Of a DNA stretch of 64,000 nt, positions 32,000 to 40,988 are shown in pieces (the stretch's first letter is position 1; each line of letters begins with the position of its first letter). The stretch comes from an uncultured Galactobacillus sp. (GTDB lineage: Bacteria; Bacillota_I; Bacilli_A; Erysipelotrichales; Erysipelotrichaceae). Where the stretch lies: positions 25,919 to 89,918 of the forward strand of contig CAYLQV010000006.1 of assembly GCA_964385925.1 (NCBI GenBank). The letters run 5' to 3'. Below the pieces are notes generated by a model. The model searched no databases, was not told where the DNA came from, and saw nothing but the letters and a program-made list of their open reading frames with translations. A program made the translations under genes and the position numbers.

Positions 32000-33129
32000 A
32001 GAATAAAATCTGTCATGCGTATAAAGTCTGCGGCGGATGTCAGTATATGGGTACTGCGTATCCGGAAACGTTATTTGAAAAAAGAAAGTATGTACAGTCC
32101 CTGTTCCCTGAACATGAAGTTGATATGGTCATCGGGATGGAAGATCCGTATCACTATCGGAATAAGGTATATGCAACATTCGGGTATGACCGCAATGAGA
32201 AACTGATTGCCGGCATGTATGAAGAATACAGTCATGATATTGTCACTGTTCCTGACTGTCTGATTCAGAATGAAACAGCTAACAAGATTGTTGCCTCTTT
32301 GACCGCCATTGCCGCAAAGATGCATATTGAGCCATACGACGAAGATACCGGCCGCGGTTCACTGCGCCATGCTTATATCAGAGTATCGCATGCGACGGGG
32401 AAAGCACTGGTAGTCCTCGTCATCGGTTCCAAGCAGCTTCCGGGATCGAAGGAGCTTGTACATGAATTAGTTGAAGGAAATCCGGAGATCTGCTCTGTTG
32501 TTTTGAACTGGAATGACAAGAATACAAGCATGATCTTAGGTGAAAGAGATAAGGTCATTTATGGCAGCGGATTTGTAGAAGATGATATTGGAGGCATCCG
32601 TTTCCGTATTTCCGCAAAGTCCTTTTATCAGGTCAATCCCGTGCAGACTGAGAAGCTGTATGCCAAGGCAATAGAACTTGCCAAGCTGGATCAGAATAAG
32701 ACTGTCCTGGATGCGTGCTGCGGCATCGGTACCATCTCATTGTTTGCGGCGAAACAGGCAAAGGAAGTCGTCGGTGTTGAAATCAATGAATCCTCAATCA
32801 GAGATGCTGTACATAACGCTGAGAAGAACGGCATCAAAAATGCCGGGTTCTACTGTGATGATGCCAGGACATTCCTGGAACGTCTGATGGATACACCGGA
32901 TGTAGTCCTTCTGGATCCGCCAAGAAGCGGCATGGGATATCACTTTATGACATCACTGTCCAAAATGCAGCCAAAGAGGATCGTTTACGTATCCTGCAAT
33001 CCGGCAACGCAGGCAGAGGATATTGGCTTTTTAAGAAATTATAAAATCGAGAAGATCGTACCAGTGGATGTCTTTCCATGGACAAAGCACGTCGAAAATA
33101 TTGTGTCCCTGTCCTACAGCAGAAAATAA
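31996..33129 (+). CDS. rlmD: 23S rRNA m5U methyltransferase (RlmD/RlmCD family, no TRAM domain)
   Basis: CHAYKVCGGC Fe-S motif, YRNK, SFYQVN, DACCGIG, LDPPRSG, YVSCNP, HVE. Confidence 0.9.
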   Translation: MKNKICHAYKVCGGCQYMGTAYPETLFEKRKYVQSLFPEHEVDMVIGMEDPYHYRNKVYATFGYDRNEKLIAGMYEEYSHDIVTVPDCLIQNETANKIVASLTAIAAKMHIEPYDEDTGRGSLRHAYIRVSHATGKALVVLVIGSKQLPGSKELVHELVEGNPEICSVVLNWNDKNTSMILGERDKVIYGSGFVEDDIGGIRFRISAKSFYQVNPVQTEKLYAKAIELAKLDQNKTVLDACCGIGTISLFAAKQAKEVVGVEINESSIRDAVHNAEKNGIKNAGFYCDDARTFLERLMDTPDVVLLDPPRSGMGYHFMTSLSKMQPKRIVYVSCNPATQAEDIGFLRNYKIEKIVPVDVFPWTKHVENIVSLSYSRK

Positions 33130-33148
33130 TTGGAAGAAGGGATGATTC

Positions 33149-33658
33149 ATGGATCATGAGGATTATCGAAGAGCAGCGGAACATTGGAAGGTGAAAGACC
33201 GTAACAATGTAAATATGCCTGAAGATGTACTGCATCGCTCAATGGAGAACTATATCCTGCAGAACAATACATGTGCACTCGCAACAGGAACAGGAGACTT
33301 TATCAGATGCACACCGATTGAATATGCGTATCATGACAGTGCATTCTGGATGTTTTCTGAAGGTGGAGAGAAGTTCATCGGGCTGGAGAAGAATAAGCGT
33401 GTATGTCTGGCCATTTATGATAAGTATGACGGTTTCGGCTGTTTAAAAGGCATGCAGGTCATGGGAACAGCGCAGATGATTGAACCATTCTCCAAAGAAT
33501 ATGAGGAAGCTGCAGAATTCAAGAAGATCCCGCTGACTGCTCTGAAGCAGCTGCCGGAGCCGATGAATCTGATCAAAGTTGTTCCGGCTGAAATTGACTT
33601 TCTGAATTCCGATTTTAAAAAAGATGGATATGGCAGCAGACAGAAAATGGTCTTCTGA
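33149..33658 (+). CDS. Pyridoxamine 5'-phosphate oxidase-like (PPOX) family protein
   Basis: CALAT, RCTPIEY, SEGGEKF.GLEKN.RVCLAI, GMQVMGTA. Confidence 0.75.
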   Translation: MDHEDYRRAAEHWKVKDRNNVNMPEDVLHRSMENYILQNNTCALATGTGDFIRCTPIEYAYHDSAFWMFSEGGEKFIGLEKNKRVCLAIYDKYDGFGCLKGMQVMGTAQMIEPFSKEYEEAAEFKKIPLTALKQLPEPMNLIKVVPAEIDFLNSDFKKDGYGSRQKMVF

Positions 33659-33670
33659 TCAGAGGTGAAT

Positions 33671-34351
33671 ATGGATTTGAAAAGATTGGCTGCTGAAGAA
33701 GCAGTGAAATATGTCAGAGACGGCATGATCCTTGGATTAGGCACTGGTTCGACTGCCTATCATGCGGTCAACGCCGTTGGTGAACTTGTCAGACAGGGAT
33801 ACCGGATCCAGGCTGTAGCGACGTCTGATGCGACCGCTAGACAAGCCGAGGCATTGGGTATTCAGCTGCTGCCAATTGATAAAGTGGATCATATTGATCT
33901 GGATATTGACGGCGTCGATGAAATTGATGCGCAGTTCAATGCCATCAAAGGTGGAGGCGGAGCTCTGTATCGGGAAAAGATTGTCGCTTCTCTGGCTGAT
34001 GAAGTCATCTGGATCATGGATGAGCGAAAGCTGGTTGATGCCATTGGTGCCTTTCCATTAGCAGTGGAGACACCTGTGTACGGTTCTCATCAGGTATTTA
34101 TGCAGATGAAAGAGAATGGCTGGAACCCGGAACTGAGGATCAGGGAAGGACAGAAGTTCATCACTGATAACGGCAATTACATCATTGATCTGCATTTAGG
34201 AATAGGCTTTGAAACCAGAGCCGTTAAAGAATGTCTGGATATGATGACCGGTGTGCTGGAGCACGGACTGTTCGTGAATATGTGCACGCGCATTGCAGTG
34301 GGGACATCGGATGGCCCGATTGTAAAAGAGAATCCAAGCTTCATAAAGTAA
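33671..34351 (+). CDS. rpiA: Ribose-5-phosphate isomerase A
   Basis: GLGTGSTA, IDGVDE, IKGGGGALYREK, TDNGNYIID. Confidence 0.97.
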   Translation: MDLKRLAAEEAVKYVRDGMILGLGTGSTAYHAVNAVGELVRQGYRIQAVATSDATARQAEALGIQLLPIDKVDHIDLDIDGVDEIDAQFNAIKGGGGALYREKIVASLADEVIWIMDERKLVDAIGAFPLAVETPVYGSHQVFMQMKENGWNPELRIREGQKFITDNGNYIIDLHLGIGFETRAVKECLDMMTGVLEHGLFVNMCTRIAVGTSDGPIVKENPSFIK

Positions 34352-34366
34352 TCATGACTGTCAATG

Positions 34367-34401
34367 GAAAGTGCTTAGCTATGCTGTGTACTTTCTTTTT
34401 T
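34367..34401 (+). terminator. Terminator after rpiA
   Basis: GAAAGTGC...GTACTTTC imperfect stem + T run. Confidence 0.6.
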
Positions 34402-34498
34402 GTTAGGATCAGGCTCTGAGCATATTACGGGTATTTTAAAAATTATTTGATAGACTACAGATATCAACAGGCGGCATCAGCCGCAGAAAGGATGAATC

Positions 34499-35071
34499 AT
34501 GAAAATACAAGAATCTTTAGCACAGCGCAGAACATATTATGCAATCAACGACAGACTGCCGGTAGATGATAAAACTGTAGAGGAATTGGTCAAGTCATTA
34601 ACAGAACTTGTTCCGGATGCATTCAATATGAAGAGTGCAAGAGTGATCCTGGCATTGGGAGAAAAACAGAAGGAGCTCTGGGACAGAATCTATGATGCCT
34701 TCGGCGGCAAAGTTGCCAGAGAAAAGATCGACGGCTTCAAGGCTGGCGCAGGTACAGTTCTCTACTTCATCGATCAGGATACGGTCAAAGGACTGCAGGC
34801 ACAGTTTGCAGCTTACGCGGACAACTTCCCAGTCTGGGCACAGCAGGCCAACGGCATGCTGCAGATTTCTGTCTGGAGCGGTCTGAGAGAATTGGAGATT
34901 GGTGCTTCTTTACAGCACTATAATCCAGTCATCGACAATACTGTCCGTGAAATGTTCAACGTACCGGAAGGCTGGCAGTTAGTTGCTGAGATGCCATTCG
35001 GCGGTATTGCTGCAGAACCGGCAGCGAAAGACAAGGAAGATATCTCCAAGCGCGTTTCTATTTATCGTTAA
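34499..35071 (+). CDS. Nitroreductase family protein (Frm2/Hbn1-like)
   Basis: RRTYY, PDAFN, GAGTVLYF, GASLQHYNP, AEMPFG. Confidence 0.88.
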   Translation: MKIQESLAQRRTYYAINDRLPVDDKTVEELVKSLTELVPDAFNMKSARVILALGEKQKELWDRIYDAFGGKVAREKIDGFKAGAGTVLYFIDQDTVKGLQAQFAAYADNFPVWAQQANGMLQISVWSGLRELEIGASLQHYNPVIDNTVREMFNVPEGWQLVAEMPFGGIAAEPAAKDKEDISKRVSIYR

Positions 35072-35081
35072 GTCCCTCTAA

Positions 35082-35114
35082 AGCATCTGTCTGTACATTC
35101 AGGCAGATGTTTTT
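35082..35114 (+). terminator. Terminator after nitroreductase
   Basis: AGCATCTGTCTG-tacatt-CAGGCAGATGTT + T run. Confidence 0.8.
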
Positions 35115-35173
35115 ATATGCTGCTGGACAGGCAGAATACAGTATAATGAACACAAGATATGAGTGGAGGAAGT

Positions 35174-35692
35174 ATGGATTATTTGTATATTGTCTTAAGT
35201 TCAACATGTGTATATCTGTTTATTGTCATTGCTATCCGTCTGGTAGGAAAGACAGAGATTGCTCAGCTCAGCGTAGCAGATCTTGTCTTTATCATGCTGC
35301 TGAGCAATGCAGTGCAGAATGCCATGGTTGGTTCTGATACGTCTCTAGTAGGAGGCCTGGTTGCTGCGACAACGCTGTTTGCGGTCAATGCGGTCTTTAA
35401 GGAATGCATGTACAGGCTGCCGTGGTTCGGCAAAGTCATGCAGGGTGACTCTTTGATGCTTGTCTATCAGGGAAAAGTCAATGACGCAAATATGCGCAAG
35501 GCACGTCTGACAACAAATGAACTGTTTGAAGCAATTCGTGAACATGGTGTTGCAAAGATATCGGATGTCAACTTAGCAGTGCTGGAAGTGGATGGAAATA
35601 TCAGTGTGCTGTCCAATGATTTCCAGGACAAGACAACCAAGACGGTTCGAAAGAACAGACTCCCGAAGAGACAGACAAAGAAGCAGGATTGA
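35174..35692 (+). CDS. DUF421 (YetF-like) membrane protein
   Basis: GKTEIAQLS..DLVFIMLLSN, LVYQGKV, AVLEVDGNISV; RBS GGAGG favours ATG 35174. Confidence 0.88.
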   Translation: MDYLYIVLSSTCVYLFIVIAIRLVGKTEIAQLSVADLVFIMLLSNAVQNAMVGSDTSLVGGLVAATTLFAVNAVFKECMYRLPWFGKVMQGDSLMLVYQGKVNDANMRKARLTTNELFEAIREHGVAKISDVNLAVLEVDGNISVLSNDFQDKTTKTVRKNRLPKRQTKKQD

Positions 35693-35756
35693 ACAGTTCA
35701 GTATTTTCAAATCTGTAAAAAAAGGTATCATAGAAGATATTTTGAGGAGAGAACAT

Positions 35757-36716
35757 ATGGGTATTGTTGTATTCGGTGCAGTTCTGGTTGATATCAAGGG
35801 ATTTCCCTTTGGCAAGTATGTGACCCGCGGCAGAAATGCCGGCAGAGTGACGGAAGTCCATGGCGGTGTCAGCCGCAATGTAGTTGAAGATATTGCCAAT
35901 GTTGAGCTGCGTCCTACATTTGTCAGTGTATTAGACAGAAGCGGCACCAGTCAGGAAATCATCGACAAGCTCAACAGGCACAAAGTAAATACAAAATACA
36001 TCCGCAAAACGGATGACGGTCTGGGCAAATGGCTGGCCATCTTCAACAACGAAGGGGATGTGGTAGCTTCGATTTCACAGAGACCTGATCTGGAGCGGAT
36101 TGGGGATACACTGAAGAAGTACGGCGATGAGATCATTTCCAATGCGGACAGTGTTGTTGTTGAAATTGATATGGAATCAGATTTGCTGAACCAGATCTTT
36201 GATCTGTGTGAGAAATATCAGAAGAAAATTTTTGCGGTCGTATCCAATATGTCCATTGCAATGGAGCGCCGCGATCTGATGACAAGAACGGACTGCATTG
36301 TGTGCAATGCAAGTGAAGCTAGTCTGCTGTTCTCAGAAGATTATAAAGATGTAAAGCCGATGACATTGGCTCGTCTGATCAGCGAAAAAATCAGGCAGGC
36401 GAAGTATCCTCGGATGGTCGTAACCATGGGAGAACAGGGTGCTGTCTATGCAGAAATGGATGACGGCTATGGCATCTGCCCGGCGCAGAGCACAGAAGTC
36501 GTTGACGCGGCTGGATGCGGTGATGCCTTCTTTGCCGGTGTTACCATCGGTCTGACCTATGGCAAGACACTTCCGCAGTCCTGTGAGATTGGGACGCGTC
36601 TGGCATCTTCTGTCATTGCAACAACTGAGAGTGTCTGTCCGCGCTTCCGGCCGGAAGAATTCAATCTGACCCTGCCGGAAGAACTCCTGGAAGCTATCAA
36701 GGATACAGAAAATTAA
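35757..36716 (+). CDS. PfkB family carbohydrate kinase (pseudouridine-kinase-like)
   Basis: GGVSRNV, VVTMGEQGA, VVDAAGCGDAFFAG; RBS GAGGAG before ATG 35757. Confidence 0.88.
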   Translation: MGIVVFGAVLVDIKGFPFGKYVTRGRNAGRVTEVHGGVSRNVVEDIANVELRPTFVSVLDRSGTSQEIIDKLNRHKVNTKYIRKTDDGLGKWLAIFNNEGDVVASISQRPDLERIGDTLKKYGDEIISNADSVVVEIDMESDLLNQIFDLCEKYQKKIFAVVSNMSIAMERRDLMTRTDCIVCNASEASLLFSEDYKDVKPMTLARLISEKIRQAKYPRMVVTMGEQGAVYAEMDDGYGICPAQSTEVVDAAGCGDAFFAGVTIGLTYGKTLPQSCEIGTRLASSVIATTESVCPRFRPEEFNLTLPEELLEAIKDTEN

Positions 36717-36724
36717 ATCTATGT

Positions 36725-36757
36725 AAGCTGATTAACTGCCGTTTAATCAGCTTTTTT
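36725..36757 (+). terminator. Terminator after pfkB-family gene
   Basis: AAGCTGATTAA-ctgccgt-TTAATCAGCTT + T run. Confidence 0.85.
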
Positions 36758-36774
36758 GATGAAATCTGAACGGC

Positions 36775-36802
36775 TTTACAAATATTTAACATTGATTTAA
36801 CG
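36775..36802 (+). promoter_or_regulatory. Putative Pho box (PhoP binding site)
   Basis: TTTACA-N5-TTAACA-N5-TTAACG, 11-bp periodicity matching Bacillus TT(A/T/C)ACA repeats. Confidence 0.7.
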
Positions 36803-36811
36803 TACCGCAGA

Positions 36812-36840
36812 TTGAGCAGAAACTGCATTTTCCTTACGAT
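36812..36840 (+). promoter_or_regulatory. Sigma-A promoter of Na/Pi cotransporter gene
   Basis: TTGAGC-N17-TACGAT just downstream of the Pho repeats. Confidence 0.55.
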
Positions 36841-36860
36841 ACAGGTGAGGAGAATAGAGT

Positions 36861-38567
36861 ATGAGTGAAATGTTTACAGTGATTACCGGCATGCTGGGTG
36901 GATTAGCATTATTCCTGTTCGGTATGACGATGATGAGCGAGAGCCTGCAGAAAGCTGCCGGCGAAAGGATGCGCAGAGTATTATCCGCACTGACGAAGAA
37001 TGCGGTGCTGGGTGTCATCAGCGGTGCTGTGGTAACAGCAGTGCTGCAGAGTTCTTCAGCAACTACTGTCATGGCCATCGGGTTTGTCAGCGCCGGGCTG
37101 ATGACGCTGCCGCAGGCGATATCAATAATCTTCGGTGCCAACATCGGCACGACTATTACTGCCCAGATCATTGCGTTCAATATCAGTGAATTTGTTCCAT
37201 TAATTATCTTCGTTGGTTTCATGATCATGTTTTTTTCCAAGAAACAGGAAATTAAGTATATCGGTGAGACAATCTTTGCGTTTGGTGTCCTGTTCTTAGG
37301 CATTGACACAATGGGATCAGTCATGAAGCCGTTAGCTTCTTCACAGGTCTTTATCGATATGATCTCCAAGGTTGCTGACAATCGTTTCCTGGGACTGCTC
37401 ACGGGTCTGTCGATGACATTGATCGTACAGAGCTCCAGTGCAACAATTGCTGTTCTGCAGAATTTTGCCTCCCAGGCCGCGGCCAATGGAACTTCATCAA
37501 TTCTTGGACTGACTGGTGCAATACCGATTCTGCTTGGCGACAATATCGGTACGACTGTCACTGGTGCAATTGCATCTGTAGGACAGACAAAAGATGCCAA
37601 GCGTGTCGCCTTAGCACATATCATCTTTAACCTGACAGGATCGATCTTGTTCATCTTCTTCGTTAACCAGTATGCAGGAATCATTCAGGCAATCTCGCCG
37701 CTGGGTGCTGAAGTTGATGTCATATCACGTCAGATAGCCAATGCACATACAGGTTTCAATATCATCATGACCTTGATCTGGACCCCGCTGCTTCCATTGA
37801 TGGTCAAGATTGTAACAAAGCTGATTCCAGACGAGAAAAATGAGAGCGGTGTTGCGAAGGACAAGCCGAAGTATCTGGATGACCGTCTGCAGGCACAGCC
37901 GGTGGCAGCACTGCAGCTGGTTTCACAGGAGATACTGCGTGCTTCCTCTATGGTCTACAGCATGTTAAAGACTATGCGTGAGGATCCAGAAGGGCATGTG
38001 ACGAAACGGATGCAGAGACTTGCCAATCAAACTGAATCAGTTTCAGCTCTCTGCGGCAAGATTGAAAACTATCTCCGCGATATGTTCTCATCCGGTGTTC
38101 TGGATGAAGAGCAGGCCTCACAGGCAACTGGTCTTCTGTTCATGATCAATGAGATGGAACGGATCAATTCGCTCTGCCGTGAGATTGCTGAAAACATTAC
38201 AAAGATGAGAGGCAGAGAAAAACAGTTCTCTTTAGAAGCGACTGAAGAGCTGCATCACTTGTCAAAACTTCTGCTGCAGCTGTATGAAGATGCAATCCAT
38301 GTTGTAACTGACAATACAGCTGAGAGTCGTCAGGTCCTGGCAGAAGATAAGGAAACAATCATGAAGCTTGATGAAAAGGTCAGAAAAGCACATATGGCAA
38401 GAGTCTCGCAGGGCAAGTGTGATGCATCGCTCACAGCAGCCTACAATGCACTCCTGCATGATGTTGAGAGAATCGGCAACTGCTGCATCGACCTTGCGGA
38501 AATGGGCTCAGAAGGAATGCAGTTCAATCATCTGCTGATTGGTGAGGTTGTTGAAACAGGACTTTAG
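36861..38567 (+). CDS. Na+/Pi cotransporter with C-terminal PhoU-like helical domain
   Basis: GGLALFLFGM, two QSSS repeats, GANIGTT and GDNIGTT, C-terminal DVERIGNCC. Confidence 0.93.
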   Translation: MSEMFTVITGMLGGLALFLFGMTMMSESLQKAAGERMRRVLSALTKNAVLGVISGAVVTAVLQSSSATTVMAIGFVSAGLMTLPQAISIIFGANIGTTITAQIIAFNISEFVPLIIFVGFMIMFFSKKQEIKYIGETIFAFGVLFLGIDTMGSVMKPLASSQVFIDMISKVADNRFLGLLTGLSMTLIVQSSSATIAVLQNFASQAAANGTSSILGLTGAIPILLGDNIGTTVTGAIASVGQTKDAKRVALAHIIFNLTGSILFIFFVNQYAGIIQAISPLGAEVDVISRQIANAHTGFNIIMTLIWTPLLPLMVKIVTKLIPDEKNESGVAKDKPKYLDDRLQAQPVAALQLVSQEILRASSMVYSMLKTMREDPEGHVTKRMQRLANQTESVSALCGKIENYLRDMFSSGVLDEEQASQATGLLFMINEMERINSLCREIAENITKMRGREKQFSLEATEELHHLSKLLLQLYEDAIHVVTDNTAESRQVLAEDKETIMKLDEKVRKAHMARVSQGKCDASLTAAYNALLHDVERIGNCCIDLAEMGSEGMQFNHLLIGEVVETGL

Positions 38568-38600
38568 TCATTTGATACAATAGTAAGAAGGGGTGAGGTT

Positions 38601-39275
38601 ATGATAGCTTGCGTAGAAGACGAAGAAAGCATTCGTGAAATAGAAATATATACATTGAGATCAGCGGGACTGGAAGCATCTGGATATGCTGACGGAGCTT
38701 CCTTCTTTGAAGCTCTACAGAAAGAAAAGCCAGAACTGGTACTGCTGGATGTTATGCTGCCTGATATGGACGGTATTGAGATCTTAAAGAAGCTGAAGAA
38801 GGATCCGGAGACAAGAGAGATTCCAGTTGTTATGGCCAGTGCCAAAGGAAGTGAATTTGATAAGATCAAAGGATTGGATCTTGGCGCCGATGATTATCTG
38901 GCAAAACCGTTTGGCATGATGGAGATGGTATCACGCATCAAAGCTGTGATGCGCCGCATGATAGCTCATACAGAAGAACCAGTGATTGGCAGAGGGCATA
39001 TACAGATCCTGCCGCGTCAGCATCAGGTCTTTGCCAATGGTGACGAGATTCTGCTGACTTACAAGGAATATGAAGTGTTGAAACTGCTGATGGCTCATCC
39101 TGGCATTGTTTACTCCCGTGAGAAGCTGCTGGATGAGATCTGGGGCATGGACTATGACGGGGAGACGCGCACTGTTGATGTCCACATCCGCACCCTGCGT
39201 TCTAAACTGAAAGAAGCAGGAAATGAAATTGATACAGTCAGAGGAGTTGGCTATCGCTTTAAGGAGGATGTATGA
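38601..39275 (+). CDS. OmpR/PhoP family response regulator
   Basis: VEDE, LLDVMLP, GADDYLAKPF, TRTVDVHIRTLR, TVRGVGY. Confidence 0.95.
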   Translation: MIACVEDEESIREIEIYTLRSAGLEASGYADGASFFEALQKEKPELVLLDVMLPDMDGIEILKKLKKDPETREIPVVMASAKGSEFDKIKGLDLGADDYLAKPFGMMEMVSRIKAVMRRMIAHTEEPVIGRGHIQILPRQHQVFANGDEILLTYKEYEVLKLLMAHPGIVYSREKLLDEIWGMDYDGETRTVDVHIRTLRSKLKEAGNEIDTVRGVGYRFKEDV

Positions 39276-40927
39276 CGAATAAGATTTTCAAGTCGGTATT
39301 TACCTCATGTATCTTAGTTGCTGCCATGACAGTAGGACTGATTGTGATTATTCTGAACAACTATTTTGTGACGATTGAAGAGAATCGGATTGCCGCGCAG
39401 GCAGAACTTGCCAGTGCCGGCATCAGTGCTGCAGGAAAGACTTATCTGAATGACCTGACGATTGATGGATATCGGCTGACATGGATCGATAAAGACGGTA
39501 CTGTACTCTATGATTCGGAAGCAGATGCGGCGACGATGGAGAACCATGGCAGCCGTGAGGAGGTCAAGGAAGCAATCCTGACCGGTACAGGCAGGAGCGA
39601 CAGAAATTCTTCGACGCTGGCAACGGAAACGATGTATTATGCAAAACGCTGCAGTGATGGAACCGTAGTCAGACTGGCTGTCACCCGCAACAGTGCACTG
39701 CTCTTATTAGTGAGGCTGCTGACACCGCTGTTGTGGATCATGCTGGCAGCTGTCGCAGTATCCTACTGGGCAGGCCGAAAAGCTGCAGACAAAATTGCAG
39801 AACCGCTGAACCACATTGATCTGGAGAATCCGCTGAAGAATGAGAATGTAGACGAGATCAGACCATTGCTGGAGCGCTTGGATGAACAGAACGTCAAGAT
39901 CAATGAACAGATGGAACGCCTTCATCAAAAGCAGAAAGAATTTATTACGGCAACTTCATCCATGCGCGAAGGACTGATCTTGATGAATACGGACTGGCAT
40001 ATTCTTTCTCAGAATCCTGCTGCAGAAAAATTATTCCACTTAAAGCCGGAAAATGATGATGCCTTTGAAGACATCTCTGACGACTTCAAGGAAATGATCA
40101 AGACAGCGCTGGCAGGAGAACAGAATTCCGGCATCATCACTCAGGATGAAAGAATCCTGCGCATTGATGCATCACCAATCACCTCACATGGCGTGCTGAC
40201 TGGTGTTTCGATTCTCGCTTATGATGTCTCGGATGAATATACTGCTGAGATGCAGAGAAAAGAATTTACCGCAAATGTATCGCATGAGCTCAAGACACCG
40301 CTGCAGTCCATTATGGGATCAGCAGAACTGCTTCAGAACCACATGGTCAAAAAGGAAGATGAAGACAGCTTTATCAACCGGATCAATGCGGAATCAAAGC
40401 GGCTGCTGAATCTGATTGATGATATCATCCGGCTTTCGCAGCTTGATGAAAATCAGAAGATGGAAAAGGATCATATTGACTTGAAGGATACTGTCAAGGA
40501 AGCAGCAGATGTGCTGACAAAGAGTGCTGAGGAACATCATGTGACTATGCACCTTGATCTCAAGAATGCAGTCGTTTATGGGAACAGCAGACTGCTCTAT
40601 GAGATTGCCTACAATCTGATGGACAATGCAATCCGATATAACCATGACCCGGGTTCTGTCGTTGTTTCAACATATACAGAAGACGGTCTTCCATTCCTGA
40701 AAGTCAGCGACACAGGAATCGGCATTCCGGAAGAAGACAAAGCAAGGATCTTCGAAAGATTCTACCGTGTTGATAAGAGCCACAGCCGTGCAACCGGCGG
40801 GACGGGTCTTGGTCTGTCTATTGTCAAGCATGCTGTCAAGCTGTGCAAAGGCAATATCGAACTGGATTCAAAGGCCGGAGAAGGAACAACATTTACCGTT
40901 GGTTTCCCTGAAAACACAGAAGATTGA
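39272..40927 (+). CDS. PhoR-like sensor histidine kinase
   Basis: Two TM helices, PAS-like region, H box NVSHELKTPL, NAIRY, DTGIG, GTGLGL. Confidence 0.93.
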   Translation: MTNKIFKSVFTSCILVAAMTVGLIVIILNNYFVTIEENRIAAQAELASAGISAAGKTYLNDLTIDGYRLTWIDKDGTVLYDSEADAATMENHGSREEVKEAILTGTGRSDRNSSTLATETMYYAKRCSDGTVVRLAVTRNSALLLLVRLLTPLLWIMLAAVAVSYWAGRKAADKIAEPLNHIDLENPLKNENVDEIRPLLERLDEQNVKINEQMERLHQKQKEFITATSSMREGLILMNTDWHILSQNPAAEKLFHLKPENDDAFEDISDDFKEMIKTALAGEQNSGIITQDERILRIDASPITSHGVLTGVSILAYDVSDEYTAEMQRKEFTANVSHELKTPLQSIMGSAELLQNHMVKKEDEDSFINRINAESKRLLNLIDDIIRLSQLDENQKMEKDHIDLKDTVKEAADVLTKSAEEHHVTMHLDLKNAVVYGNSRLLYEIAYNLMDNAIRYNHDPGSVVVSTYTEDGLPFLKVSDTGIGIPEEDKARIFERFYRVDKSHSRATGGTGLGLSIVKHAVKLCKGNIELDSKAGEGTTFTVGFPENTED

Positions 40928-40954
40928 GATACCGTGCAGTGCGGTATCTTTTTT
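40927..40954 (+). terminator. Terminator after histidine kinase
   Basis: AGATACCG-tgcagtg-CGGTATCT + T run. Confidence 0.8.
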
Positions 40955-40988
40955 GTGATAGAATAGAACATGTTTTGGAGACGGATAA

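Noticed and set aside
35592-35756. Upstream extension of the PfkB ORF overlapping DUF421
   Set aside because: Family start MGIVVFG has its own RBS at 35757; the extension is non-homologous
36797-37684. 295-aa antisense ORF opposite the Na/Pi cotransporter
   Set aside because: Shadow ORF fully antisense to a well-supported gene; no RBS or recognisable motifs
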